A stretch of 64,000 bases of DNA. It comes from Mustelus asterias (lineage: Eukaryota). The stretch is taken from contig NC_135808.1 of assembly GCF_964213995.1 (NCBI RefSeq), forward strand, positions 41,540,001 to 41,604,000, read 5' to 3'. This document shows, piece after piece, positions 38,040-51,415 of this stretch; the first letter of the stretch is position 1; each line of letters opens with the position of its first letter. Under the pieces are notes generated by a model. It was not told the origin of the DNA. It saw nothing but the letters and a program-made list of their open reading frames with translations, and did no database searches. The position numbers and the translations under genes are program-made.

Positions 38040-39442
38040 AGATTGGAGTCCAAATCTAATTTATTAGAACTTAAATACAAAATAGCAAGTACAAATTAAA
38101 CCACCTTTTGCAAAGCACAAACAGGCACCCCTTTCCAACCCCCCCTCCCACCCCCCGATTACTCAAGCAAAAAAATAAATCTGATTATGTTCCGTGACCT
38201 CCCAACAATCAACACTTGGCTCTTCCCTGGGACAGTCTCATGGAGCAGATCCCTTCAACACCCGCCCCCCCCAATCTCCCCACCACCTACTGAAGGTCTG
38301 CAGAATCAAGGCCCCGCACCATGTGGATAGGTGAGGCCCCGTGGACTTGACTATCAGTGAAAACCAGTTGGACTCAGTGCAGTTGGGCCTCCAGACCCCG
38401 ATTGTGCATCTGACAGCCAGGAGCTCAGAGATGGAGATCTGGATCATTGCTCCATTGAATCTCTCCCCTTCCCCTCACAAATAATGAATGAGATTTAACG
38501 GTTAAAATGCAGTATTGCAAACAAGGCCCAGAACGAAATCAATGTACGAATCAGTGGACAGAATTTTCCATTCTCAACAGCAACAGAAATCGTAACGGGT
38601 GGAACAGCAAAGATTTGACAGAAAACCAAAAATCAGGTTCCCAATGGCGGGAAGTTAGTTTGGAATCTTGTGTACCCCATTTTCATGGTGGGTTAAAGAC
38701 CACGGAGCTACGTCAGGAATGCCATTGGAATCTCATGAATGATTAAAGGGCCAACACTCTGGAATTTTATTCCCTCTCCAATTAAGCATCGACCAGCAAG
38801 ACTGTACACAAGCAGTGTGCGCTTGGTGAGTTTGACTTCTTCCTGGACTTTGAGGCTGGCAGGTGTTGCTTTTGCACTGTCAGAGTTATCAGCTGCCTGT
38901 TACACACACACACTGTCAAGGCTGGGTAAAGAGGAGGAATGTATCGGAGATAACACGTGTCTGTACCCGAGTGTGCGTGTGGGTACTTGTGTGGTGGGGG
39001 GAACGATAATCAAGGAGCAGAGTGAAGGACTGAATAACTTGTTAGAGCCTATGAGGTGAGAGAGTCAGGCCACTTGCCTGTCCCACCATAAGATGCCATC
39101 CTCCTTGCCGATGCAAAATGAATAAGCTGAACAGCTCAAGATCTTGTGTGTTCAACTTTTCAGCGAAGTCATTCCTATCTTTGGTCCCACCACGAGACCG
39201 TAGCTCCAGAATGGAAAATTCCACCCAGTTTCCCAGTGTTTGCGCAGCAAACAGTGCAAATTGAAGCTTAATTCATCAGCTACTCCCTATTCAAAGCGCA
39301 CACATTTCATTATGTACAGATCACCCCCCCTTCCTGCAGATACAATCAGAGTTTCAGAAATAGTCATCAGTGATGAAAACCCACCCTCCCCGTTTCTCTC
39401 ATCAGCTCCATTCATTGGTCGATTGAACTCCGTGGAATGTCA
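38040..39442 (-). other. Candidate non-coding terminal (3' UTR) exon of the class I gene
   Basis: Strong minus-strand acceptor TTTATTTCTCTTCCTCAG ending at 39443, in a stretch without recognisable LINE sequence; AATAAA on the minus strand at 38060-38065. Inferred, with no transcript evidence. Confidence 0.35.
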
Positions 39443-39499
39443 CTGAGGAAGAGAAATAAAAGATGGTTAACAGAGTGAGGCAAATCCACACAAATCCCC

Positions 39500-42400
39500 A
39501 CAACAAACCCCAGACTCCTCCCCTCCACCAGACCCATCGCTCTCCAAAAACCAGTAACACAGGATTCTTTTTCCAGTGAGAAAGGAAAATAGGACAGATG
39601 AATACATGGCTCAAGAGGTGGTGCAGAAAGGAGGATTTTAGTTTGCTGGATGACTGGGACTGTTTCTGGGGGAGGTGGGACATGTACAAATGGGACGGTT
39701 TGCCCCTGAACCACATTGGGGCCAATATTTTTGTGGGTAGGTTTGCTAATGCTGTTGGGAGGAGTTTAAACTAGTCTGGCAGGGGGAGGGGACACAGGAC
39801 ATTAGTAAAATAGAGACACGTTGACTTGCTTCCTTTACTGTAGCAGAGAGAATTCAGCTATGTTGAGTGTCAAGAGAGTAAGGCAAGGTTGGATGGTGTT
39901 TACTTTAATGCTCGGAGTAAGACGGATGGGTTGCAGGCGTGGATTGACACATGGAAGTGTGACATTGTTGCCATCACAGAAACATGGTTGTGGGAAGGGT
40001 AGGACTGGCAACTCAAACATTCCAGGGTTTAGGATCTTTAGGCGAGACAGAGGAGGGTGTAAAAGGGAGGTGATGTAGCATTATTAATTAAGAATTACTG
40101 CAATAAGGAGTGATGATATTTTGGAAAGGTCTTCAAAGAGGCTGTGGAGTTAGAAATATAAAAAAAGGGCAGCCACATTAGTGGGAGTGCACTATTGGTG
40201 AAGTCGCATGGGATCAGAGGTGAGCTGGCAAGGTGGATACAAAACTGGCTTGGTCAAAGAAGACAGAGGCAGTGGAAAGGTGCATTTCTGAATGGAGGGC
40301 TGTGACAAGTGGCGCTCCTCAGGGATCAGTGCTGGGACCTTTGCTGTTTGTAATATATATATATATATAAATGATTGGGAGGAAAATGTAACTGGTTTGA
40401 TTAGCAAGTTTGCGGATGACACACAGGTTGGTGGATTTGCGGATAGCGATGAGGACCATCAGAGGATACAGCAGGATATAGATCGGTTGGAGACTTGGGT
40501 GGAGAGATGGCAGATGGAGTTTAATCTGGACGAAATGTGAGGTAATGCATTTTGGAAGGTCTAATACAGATAGGAAATATACAGTAAATGGCAGAACCCT
40601 AAAGAGTATTGATAGGCAAAAGGATCTGGGTGTACAGGTACACAGGTCACTGAAAATGGCAATGCAGGTAGAGAAGGTAGTTAAGGCGGCATACGGCATG
40701 CTTGCCTTCATTAGCCAGGGCATGGAGTTTAAAAATTGGCAAGTCACGTTGCAGCTTTATAGAACCTTAGTTAGGCAGCACTTGGAATATAGTGTTCAAT
40801 TCTGGTCGCCACACTACCAGAAGGATGTGGAGGCTTTGAGAGGGGACAAGAAAAGATTTATCAGGATGTTGCCTGGTATGGAGGGCATTAGCTATGAGAA
40901 GAGGTTCTCACTGGAACGACGGAGGTTGAGGGGAGACCTGATAGAAGTCTACAAGATTATGAGGGGCATGGACAGAGTGGATAATCAGAAGCTTTTTCCC
41001 AGGGTGGAAGAGTCAATTACTAGGGGGCACAGGTTAAAGGTGCGAGGGGCAAGGTTTAAAGGAGATGTACGAGACAGATTTTTTCCCCCCACAGAGTAGT
41101 GGGTGCCTGGAACTCATTGCCGGAGGAGGTAGTGGAAGCGGATACGGTAGTGACTTAAGGGGCGTCTTGACAAATACATGAATAGGATGGGAATAGAGGG
41201 ATATGGTCCCTGGAAGGGTTGGGGGTTTTAGTTAAGTCGGGCAGCATGGTCGGTGCAGGCTTGGAGGGCTGAAGGGCCTGTTCCTGTGCTGTAATTTTCT
41301 TTGTTCTTTGAGGTCCCCAAAGAGTCAGCGGGAAAGAGAGTAGATATGAAGATAGTTCACTAATGTGTGTAAGAATAATAATCAGGTAAATTATCTTGCG
41401 GAATTTCAACTTCCCCAACATAAATTGGGATAGTCATAGTGTAAAGGATTTAAAGCTAGAGGGTTTCTTGCATCAGTAAGCGGAAGGCCCAACAAAGGAT
41501 GGTATAGTGTTGGATCTGGTTCTGGGGAAATGAAGCTGAAAGGGTTCAATGTGACAATGGGGCAGCATCTCAGCAATAGTGACCACAACACGGTACAGTT
41601 AAAGTTTGTTATGGACAAGGAGAAAGTTGGCTTGCAAAAGTCAACTTTGGATTGGGGAAAGGCAGATTTTACTAAAATAAAGCAGGATTTGGCCAAAGTT
41701 GACAGTGGATAGCTCCTTGTGGGCAAGTCTACGGCAGAGCAGTGGGGGGGGCATTCAGTAAGGAGCTGGGAAGAGTACTAACATGTTCCGTATAGGGGGA
41801 AGTGTAAGAGCAATAGGTTCAGGGAAGCCTGGATATCTAGGACAATTCAGGACTGGATAAGTAAGAAACAAATGGCTTTTAGCAAATCCAAAGGGAGCAA
41901 TTCAGCTGCAGCCCTAGAGGAATACAGGAAGTTCAAGAAGGAACTTAATAAAGCAATTAGAGGAGCAAAAAGGGGGCATGGAAAAGGACTTGCAAGCAAG
42001 ATTAGGGGAATTTTAAGACATTCTATAAATGCATCCAAGGGAAGAGGATAACCAGGGAAGGAGTAGGGCCGATTAGAGACCAAGGGGGCAATGTGTGTGT
42101 GAAGCTGCAGGACACTGGAAGGGTGTTAAATGAATATTTTTCATCATCTTCACTCAGGAAAAGTAGAATTGAGGAAAAAGGACTGTGAGAAACTTGCATA
42201 GTTTGACATAGGAAATGGCAGGCTTTTGGAGTCTTAAAAATGGACAAATCCCCAGGCCCGGATGAATTGCATCCCAGGCTGCTGTGGGAGACCAGACAGG
42301 GAAAGTGCCAGAGGACCGGGGAATAGCTAATGTGGTTCCACTTTTCAGGGGTGGTAGTCAGTGGTAGGGAAACTATTGGAGAAAATCCTGAAGGAGATGA

Positions 42401-43115
42401 TTAATATTCATTTGGAAAAGCATGGGTTAATTAGGGATAGTCAGCATGGTTTTGTCAGAGGTCATGCCTTGAGGATGAGGAAGTTCAGTTGATGTAGTTT
42501 ATATGGATTTTAGCAAAGCCATTGACAGGTTCCCACTGAGAGACTGATTGAGAAGGTTGAAGCACAACATTGGTCAGGCCACAGTTGGGGTAGTGTGTGG
42601 AGTTCTGGTCACCTCACTATGGGAAGGATTTGATTGAGGGGGTACAGAGAGGGTTCACCAGGATGCTGCCTGGAATGGAGCATTTGAGCTTTAAGGAGAG
42701 ACTAGATAGGCTTGGATTGTTTTCTCTAAACCACAGAAGGCTGAGGGGGGACATGATTGAAGTATATAAGATTACGAGGGGTATGGATAGGGTAAGGAGT
42801 AGCTGTTCTCTTTGGTTTGAGGGGTCAATCATGACGGGGCACAGTTTTAGTGCAAGCGGCAGGAGATTTGGGGGGGGGGGGGTGATTTGAGTAAAAGCTT
42901 TTTCACTCAGTTGTGGGAATCTGGAATGTACTGTCTGGGAAGATAGGGGAGGTCGTAAATATTACAACCTTCAAAAAATATACGGATGAGCACTTGAAAT
43001 ATTATAATATTCAAGGATATGGGACAAGTGCATGAAAATAGGATTAACATGAATTTACCGGTAGCTATTGGTGCAGATTCGATGGGCCGAAGGGCTTTTT
43101 CTGTACTGTATGACT
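39500..43115 (+). mobile_element. Nested CR1 remnants
   Basis: KFADDT and WQMEFN in 40195-41310, nested in an older ORF1/ORF2 remnant. Confidence 0.75.
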
Positions 43116-43283
43116 ATGGAGGGGCAATACAAATCCCCATGGAGCAGCTGACAGCAGGCACATCCCAGGTTGGATGTGATGAGAGGAGTTTCCAACCCCT
43201 CCCTCACAACTACCCAAGATATCCATGCCTCAAGTCAGCTACTCCAGGGGGGTCAATTCCTAAGCTGTGTCAAATTGTGTAAC

Positions 43284-43350
43284 ACAGTAAGGAGTCTAAC
43301 AACACCAGGTTAAAGTCCAACAGGTTTATTTGGTAGCAAACGCCACATCA
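43284..43350. mobile_element. ~65-bp Penelope-derived micro-insertion
   Basis: Inverted pLTR end (AGTAAG...GGTAGCAAACGCCAC) fused to the tail tip CCACATCA; flanked by AATTGT(G/A)TAAC duplications. Confidence 0.75.
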
Positions 43351-43623
43351 AATTGTATAACCCATGGCGAGATTTTCCAGAGGTAGCCAATGGTGTAGAC
43401 ACCGGAGGGACCAGAAAATCCCAGTGGTGGCCAACCGTGAGCTGCCTCCATTGCTGAAAAACATGCTGCGAGGGGCTGGAAAATCCTCCCAGTCTTTAAT
43501 GCACATATAAAGACAGAGAGAGAAAGAGAGTGCAGTCAGATTCCACCCTGTGAGTGTACAGGAAACAACAGCTTCAAAGCCAGTGCACAATCTGCTCACT
43601 ATTGATCAGTAATGTTCGTACCT

Positions 43624-43670
43624 TTAGGCAGTGGCAGAAGAATTTGATGAGGATTCTGCTTTGTCAGAAG
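43624..43670 (-). CDS. UAA: MHC class I exon 7, cytoplasmic tail and stop (TSDKAESSSNSSATA*)
   Basis: TTTACAG acceptor, Ser-rich SD..SS tail typical of class I, TAA at 43624-43626, followed 2 nt later by a GTACG donor-like site. Confidence 0.85.
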
Positions 43671-43914
43671 CTGTAAACAGAAAAACAAGCATTATAAAAC
43701 TTTATCAACAGTGAGCCACAGATACGGAGAGGATCACAAGTATAGAGGGGGGCCAGAGACTGACACATACAAACACAAGAGGATGGAGGTCTCACACACA
43801 CAAAAAGGGAGACATCACATACCAATGAAGATAGCAATAAACCAGTGACTGTACAGAGAGAGAGTAATGTTTCCTGCTCTTAGATGAAGATGCAGTGATT
43901 TGAGGCACACTTAC

Positions 43915-43947
43915 TCTTTGCTGGATTGTAGCCAGTCTTCTGTCCTG
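43915..43947 (-). CDS. UAA: MHC class I exon 6, cytoplasmic (AGQKTGYNPAK)
   Basis: 33-nt exon, TTTTACAG acceptor and GTAAGT donor; contains the class I cytoplasmic YxxA motif (GYNPA). Confidence 0.88.
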
Positions 43948-44454
43948 CTGTAAAACAAGGAATTCTCAGTTAGTGAGCAGAGCACAACATTCAGAGAGGA
44001 GACACAACCATTTTCTCTCTCCCAGCCAGGATCACACACATAGAAAGACAAGTACATTATAATGGGAGGAGATTATTCAGGTCATAGAGGTGGTTTTGAC
44101 ATTTAATGAGATCATGGCTAATCTACAATCTAACTCCCAGCCAGTGAAAGCTGTTTCGCCGCATATATTCTCATTATCATCTTGAAAATTTCCATTAGAT
44201 TACTTCTCAACTTCAAGATTGCAGAGAATATATTCCTAATTTAAAAAAAAATCTCTCCTCACCCTTTCAGGCAATCTGCACTCCTTTGAAGACAAATATC
44301 TCCTTCCTATAGTGTTAAGCCCAGAGCTGATCCCAGTATTTCAGGTGTGGTCAAACCAGAGCTTCTTGAAGCGGAAGTGTCTTCACCACCACCCCCCCCC
44401 CCCCCCCCCCCCCCCCAGATTGAAAAGCAGCAATATGTTTGACTAATAATTTTT

Positions 44455-46260
44455 TTCCAAAGATGTAACCAGCGGGATGGATAATGGGAATCCGGTAGAC
44501 GTCGTGTATCTGGACTTCCAGGAGGCATTTGATAAGATACTACACAAAAAGGTTAATACACCAGGTTTGTTCACATGGGATTAGGGGTAAATTATCATCT
44601 TGGGTAGAGGATTGGCTAACCAATGGAAAGCAGAGAGTCGGGGTAAATGAGTCATTTGTGGTTGGCACGATGTAACTGTTGGGGTGCCATAGGGTTAGGT
44701 GCTCAGGGGTCAACTATTTACAATCTACATTAATGACTTGGATACAGGGATAGTAGGTATCATAGCCAAATTTGCAGATGATACAAAAATAGGTGGGATA
44801 GTAAGTTGTGACAATGAAATAAGAAATTTACAAATGGATACGGATAGGTTAAGTACATGCGGTAAATTTGACATGTGTCAAAGACTATTTCCTCGGGTGG
44901 ATGGAGCTATTACGAGGGGTCATAACTATAGGGTTCATGGTGGGAGATATAGGAAGGATATCAGAGGTAGGTTCTTCACGCAGAGAGTGGTTGGGGTGTG
45001 GAATGGACTGCCTGCAGTGATAGTGGAGTCAGACACTTTAGGAACATTTAAGCGGTTATTGGATAGGCACATGGAGCACACCAGGATGGTAGGGAGTGGG
45101 ATAGCTTGATCTTGGTTTCAGATGAAGGTCGGCACAACATCGTGGGCGAAGGGCCTGTTGTGTGCTGTACTGTTCTATGTTCTATGTGTAGTTTAACGTG
45201 GTTAAGTGGGAGGTTATCCATTTTGGCAGGCAACATACAAAGGAAAATTCTTGTCTAAATGGGAAACTTGAGTGCTTCGGTACAGAGGGATCTGGGTGTC
45301 CTTGTGCATGAACCGCAGAAAACTAGTACGCAGGTAATAAGGAAGGCAATGGAATCTTGGCTTTATTGCTAAAGAAATAACTGTAAAAGTAGTGAAGTGA
45401 TGCTGCTACTATACAAAGCATTAATGAGACACTGTATTTAGAATATTGTGTACAGTTTTAGTCCACTTACTTGAGGAGGGATGTAGTTACCTTGGAGGCA
45501 TTTCAAAGGAAGTTCATTAGATTGATTCCAGAGATGAGGGGTTTGTATTATGAAGAGATTTTGAACAGTTTAGGCCTATATGTCTATATGGGCGGCACGG
45601 TAGCACAATGGTTAGCACTGCTGCTTCACAGCTCCAGGGACCTGGGTTCGATTCCCGGCTTGGGTCACTGTGTGGAGTTTGCACATTCTCCTCGTGTCTG
45701 CGTGGGTTTCCTCCGGGTGCTCCGGTTTCCTCCCACAGTCCAAAGGTGTGCGGGTTAGGTTGATTGGCCATGCTAAAATTGCCCCTTAGTGTCCTGGGAT
45801 GTGTAGATTAGAGGGATTAGCGGGTAAAATATGTAGGGATATGGGGATAGGGCCTAAGTGGGATTGTGGTCGGTGCAGACTCGATGGGCCGAATGGCCTC
45901 TTTCTGTACTGTAGGGTTTCTATGATTTCTATACTCTTTAGAGTTTAGAAGAATGAGAGGAGGTGCTAAAAGGGATTGATAGTTTGACGTAGGTGAACCT
46001 CTTATGGGGCAACAGGACAGGAGGTCATAGTTTTAGAATAAAGAATAAATTTAAAACAGATGAGGAGAAACCACTTCTCTCAATGGATTGGAGTGCAGTG
46101 GATGCCGGGATATTTGAGAAGATAGACAGATTTTTAATTAGTAATGGGTTGAAGGGTTATGGAGAACTAGTAGAACAGTGGAGTTGAGGCTATTGAATGG
46201 TGTAGCAGGCTTCAGGGTCTGATCTGCCGACTCCTGCTCCGAGCTTTTATATTCTTATTC
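44455..46260 (+). mobile_element. CR1 remnants with a nested SINE (class I intron 5)
   Basis: YINDLD..KFADDTK; two subfamily 3' ends. Confidence 0.75.
45591..45931 (+). mobile_element. HE1-type SINE (partial copies also at ~46476-46684 + and ~47353-47572 -)
   Basis: Full-length family match. Confidence 0.88.
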
Positions 46261-49239
46261 CATTCATCTTTGAGATTATTTTCTCTGTTCATGGTATTTT
46301 AATAATCTTTGCACCTGGCTCCCCAAATTTCTTCAAACCTCCACTGTCTACACTGAAATACTTGTGCCAGAGTTTAATTGTATACTTCCATCTACAATGT
46401 CTCCAATGACACTCATCTTTGTTGCAGCGACAATTATCAAAGTTAGTGTGAATGGTTGAGGCCCAGATCCCTGTGGGCAGCACAGTGGCAAGCACTGCTG
46501 CTTCACAGTGCCAGGGAACTGGGTTCAACTCTAGCCTTGGGTGACTGTAGAGTTTGCACATTCTCCCCATGTCTGTGTGGGTTTCCTCCGGGTTCTCCAG
46601 CTGTCTCCCACAGTCCAAAAATGCGCAGGTTAAGTGGATTGGCCATGCTAAATTGTCTCTTAATATCCCAAGATGTGTAGGTTATCTGTTTCCTGCCAAT
46701 TTCCTAACAAGGTTGCAGCCTGATGGGTATTCATAAAGACACCAGCAAAGCCTGACAGTTCGCCTGCATCAGGCTAAGGCCTGCGGAAGCAGCAAAGAAC
46801 AGGATGTAGAGCCATGGAACAAGCATGGGAACTGATTGGACAGTGGCCGTTACTATGCTTTGAACTGACAGTGTTGTGTTCCTGAGAGAATTACCACCCC
46901 TGACAGAGGCACGACTTTTCAGTGTTCGTGACCAAAAATACAGTGATTTATTAGTGCCTGTCCGGAGTGTATGTGATTGGAAGCATCATCAGTGCCAGCA
47001 GGATCTCTACATGAAGAGACAGGGATATTGGCAGCCATAACCTGGGATCAACCACTGTAGAAGCAGCAAGACCCTGAGCACAGAACGCGGAGACATTGGA
47101 ACAAAACCCATCAGGAGGGAATCTGATCAGTTTGCCTTGCCACGGGTAGTATCTCTAAGGCAAAGTCATGAGTTTGGATATTTTATGACATTTTATATAA
47201 AGCTTGGAAGGGATCAGGGGAACACACCAAGTTAAGTAAAGCCACAGCAATAGCAAGTTGTATGAAGGAGTTGCGTGAGAAAGAGATCAGTAAACTGAAG
47301 CAGCAATTGAGTGCTGCAGCACAGGAAACTGACACGGTGTGTTAAAGCCTTAGAAACCATAGAAACCCTACAGTGCAGAAAGAGGCCATTCGGCCCATCA
47401 AGTCTGCACCGTCAACAATCCCACCCGGGCCCTATCCTCGTATCCCTACATATTTACCTGTTAATCCCTCTAACCCTCATGTTTACCCACTAATCCCTCT
47501 AATCTACGCATCCCAGGACACTAAGGGGCAATTTAGCACGGCCAATCAACCTAACCCACACAACTTTGGACTGAGCAATGGAATGAAAGTCATGAGTTAC
47601 GTATCAGTCAGTTGCAGAAGCAGTTTGAGAAAGCAGATAGAGTGCGAGAGCGAGAAGCAGATAACTGGAGGATTGTGGAGATAGAGCAGAGGTGTAATGA
47701 GCAGAGGTGTAATGACGTACAGGCTGCTGTGAAGGTCTTGCACAACTCAAACACAGAAATTAACTGACCAAAGTGATAGAGGGAGACAGGCAAGTTAAAG
47801 TTGCAACTCTCAGCACAAAGAGGTATGATGTGCACTCGAGGATCGAGGGCTAGATGGAGACAGTGACAAATTGAAGTCTCTACTGTCAGCTCAGAGGAGC
47901 TTGTTGGACTAGGCTACAGATTAGAGAGGCATGAAGGATGAGCCTGTAAGTATGGGGGCAGGGACGACCCTGGGATAATCCTCCGCGTGATGAGCATGCA
48001 CTGGAACAGTCAACCTCATTCACATCCATCAAAACAGTGTACGGGGCAAGGAGCAGCAGCTCAAACCCTCACTTATACTGCAAAGAACCCCAAGAGGCCC
48101 TATGCACCCAAACAAAAGAAGGGGGGAAATGGACAGTGCGGTGTTACAGAACGGGAAAGGAAGGAACTATGCCCCTTCAGCTTACTCAGAAATCATGTAA
48201 ACTAATTGGCAAGATGCAAACATTTCCTATAGATCCAACTCTGCACAGTTGCTTATTCAATGTATGTAGTTGTATTTTGAATTAGGTTTAGTGAGGAGTT
48301 ATCTGGGGTTATGGGATGGAAGTTAAAAGGTTAGAAGAGGAATAAAATACACCATTTGTTCACTGTTAATGAACTGGGAAAGAATGGTCAAGAACAACAA
48401 TGATAATGGAGACGTTTCCTCTACAATTTGTTAACCAGGCATAAAAACAATCATTGGAGCTATGATTTACCTATATTGGGTTAATTGAGCTTTTAAAGGG
48501 AAGTTAGCAAGTGTATGCTAATAGGAGACAAAAATTTTAAGCTGTGACTATTGGAGATTTAGGGTTATAATGATAGCTATGACAAAGGGATTAACTGAAC
48601 AAACAAAACATGTCAAAAACTAGGATCATATTCTGAAAGAAAATAAATAGTGCTGCAATAGTATTTGGATTAAGATCTGGAAACAGATGAGGCAAAAGAC
48701 CAGACGAGAATAGGAAGCCCTATTCAAATGTCCACCCTCTGCTTAAAGTCCCAAATCTCAGCTAGAAGATTGAGCTGGTAGAAACCTCTCTTAGCATTAC
48801 TGAAAAAAATCAAATAAATCCGAGGGAAATCTTCTGAAAATACAAAACCAATATTGGATTTCTCCTACAAAGGGTGATAAAAAAGCTAGCCAAGGCTCAC
48901 CAAATATATATTAATATTATACAACAGGCAAGGACAATCAGAAGGAAATTGAGGCCATGAAAGAAACTAGCTGGTGGAGCGCGAATGTTCAGATACACAC
49001 TTGGATAAAACTTCTCTCTCAAAACTGCGAGTTATATCTCTTAAGTCCAAGCTGTGAGTTTGAATATTTTGTGAAGTTTTGATAACTTTTGAATGCTTAT
49101 AACGGAGTAGGAGAGAGTTTAGTTATTTTGTGTGTAATGAAGTTTGATGCCAGGTGTAATTTTGTGGTAACTTGGGTCGGCGCAATAAAGGAGACTTTTT
49201 GTGCAAAAATTTGAGAGTTTGAGTGTCTTTCACCAGGGT

Positions 49240-51415
49240 TCTAGGGAAACAAGGTCATTAATTGACCTCTAATTTCATGAGTTTCAGCTTTATTTAATAT
49301 CCTCTCAAGAGACTTGATCAAATGTTTTCTCATAGGAATAAAATTCACCTGTTCACTTACATTAATCACCTCTTCAAACACTTCACTCAGGGTCATTTGA
49401 CATGAGCTCCCTTTACAAATCCATGCTGTCTCTCTGATCAGCTGAAAAGATTTACAGTGCTCAGTCACCCTATCTTTAATGCTAGATTCTCATCATTTCC
49501 TGACACTCATGATAGGATAATGGGTCTATAATTCCCTGCTTTTCCCCTCTCCTTTCTCAATAGTGCAGGGAGAGGGGTATAAATTTTCCAAACTAAAGGA
49601 ACGGTTACCCAATTGGGTAAACTTTGGAGACTGCGATTAGAACGTTGCTCTTATCTGGTCTTGGGGTTTAGTCACCATCCAATGTCATTAATATTAATGA
49701 GAATTGTGTTGAGTCCCTGTCACAGACAATATTAATTTATTGACACATTGATCTCTTCCTCTACAGTAAATACTGATATGTCCCCCATTTTGTATTCCCA
49801 TTGACAATATACATCAGATTTCAAAGGGCCCACGGTGTTTCTATCTTCTTTCCCCTGATCTATTTCTTGTGTTGATTTTGATATCCCACACAAATTTCTT
49901 TTCATATCTATTTTTGTAACTTTCTGGGAAGGTTGGCAGTGGTAACATCACTGAAGTAGTAATCCAGAGGTCCAGGTGAATGCTGTGGAGACACTGGTCC
50001 AAATCCCACCATGGCAGCTATTAGTTATTGTAAAAACCCATCTGGTTCATAATGTCCTTTAGGGAAGGAAATCTGCCATCCTTACCTGGTCAGACCTACA
50101 TGACTCTTAGCAACTGCTCTTGAAATGGCCTAGCAAGCCACTCACTGCAAGAATAATTAGGGATGGGCAATAAATTCTGGCCTTGCCACATCCCATGAAG
50201 CAAAAAATCTGCTTTTTTTGTATGTTTCCCATTTACCAGGGTCTGTGCAATTTTTTGTATCTTTTTCTTTTATGTTGTCTGTTGAATTGTTCATGACTAC
50301 CATTTTTGGCAAGTGGAGCTTTTGTTTTTTTAGGAGTCTAAATTGGTTATTCACTTTGGAAACAAAAACAAGAGGGCAGATTACTACCTGAATGGCTGTA
50401 AATTGGGAGAGGGCAGTGTGCAGCGAGACCTGGGTGTTCTTGTGCACCAGTCACTGAAGATAAGCATGCAGGTGCAGCAGGCGGTAAAGAAGGCAAATGG
50501 CATGTTGACCTTCATTGCAAGAGGTTGAGTACAGGGGTAGGGTTGTGTTGTTGCGATTATACAGGGCCTTGGTGAGGCCACAGCTCGAGTATTGTGTGTA
50601 GTTTTGCTCTTCTTTTCTGAGGAAGGATGTTTTTGCTCGAGGGACTGCAGCGAAGGCTTACCAGGCTGATTCCAGGGATGGCGGGACTGATGTATGAGGA
50701 GAAATGTCTAGGTTAGGATTATTTTCACTGGAGTTCAGATGAATGAGGGGGGGGGGGGGGATCTCAAGACTTATAAAATTCTAACAGGACTAGACAGGGT
50801 AGATGCAGGGAGGATATTCCCGATGGTGGGGTAGTCCAGAACCAGGGGTCACAATCTGAGGATTCAGGGTAGACCATTTAGACAGAGGTGAGGAGACATT
50901 TCTTTACCCAAAGAACCCATGGGTTAAGGGTGCAAGGAGAAAAGTTTAAAGGGAATATTAGGGCGGGCTTCTTCACGCAGAGAGTGGTGGGAGTGTGGAA
51001 TGAGCTGCCGGATAAAGTGGTAAATGCTTTTAACATTTAATAAAAACTTGGACGGGTTGATGGATGAGAGGGGTGTGGAGGGATATGGTCCAAGTGAAGG
51101 TCAGTGGGACTAGGAAAAAAATGGTTTGGCACAGACAAGAAGGGCCAAAAGGCCTGTTTCTGAGCTGTAATTTTCTATGGTTCTAAAGAGTGCTGAGCCT
51201 GTGGAACTCATTACCACAGGAAGTAGTTGATGCCAAAACGTTGAATGTAATCAAGAGGCGGCTGGATATAGCACTTGGGGTGAATGGGATCAAAGATTAT
51301 GGGGAAAAAGCAGGATTAGGCTATTGAGTTGGATGATCAGACATGATTGTAATGAATGGTGGAGCAGGCTCGAAGGGACAAATGGCCTCCTCCTGCTCTT
51401 ATTTTCTATGTTTCT
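49240..51415. mobile_element. CR1 fragments in both orientations (class I intron 5)
   Basis: Minus-strand RT remnant ~49240-49900; plus-strand 3' fragment 50342-51415 with a nested 3' end at ~50915-51184 matching ~21298-21590. Confidence 0.7.
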
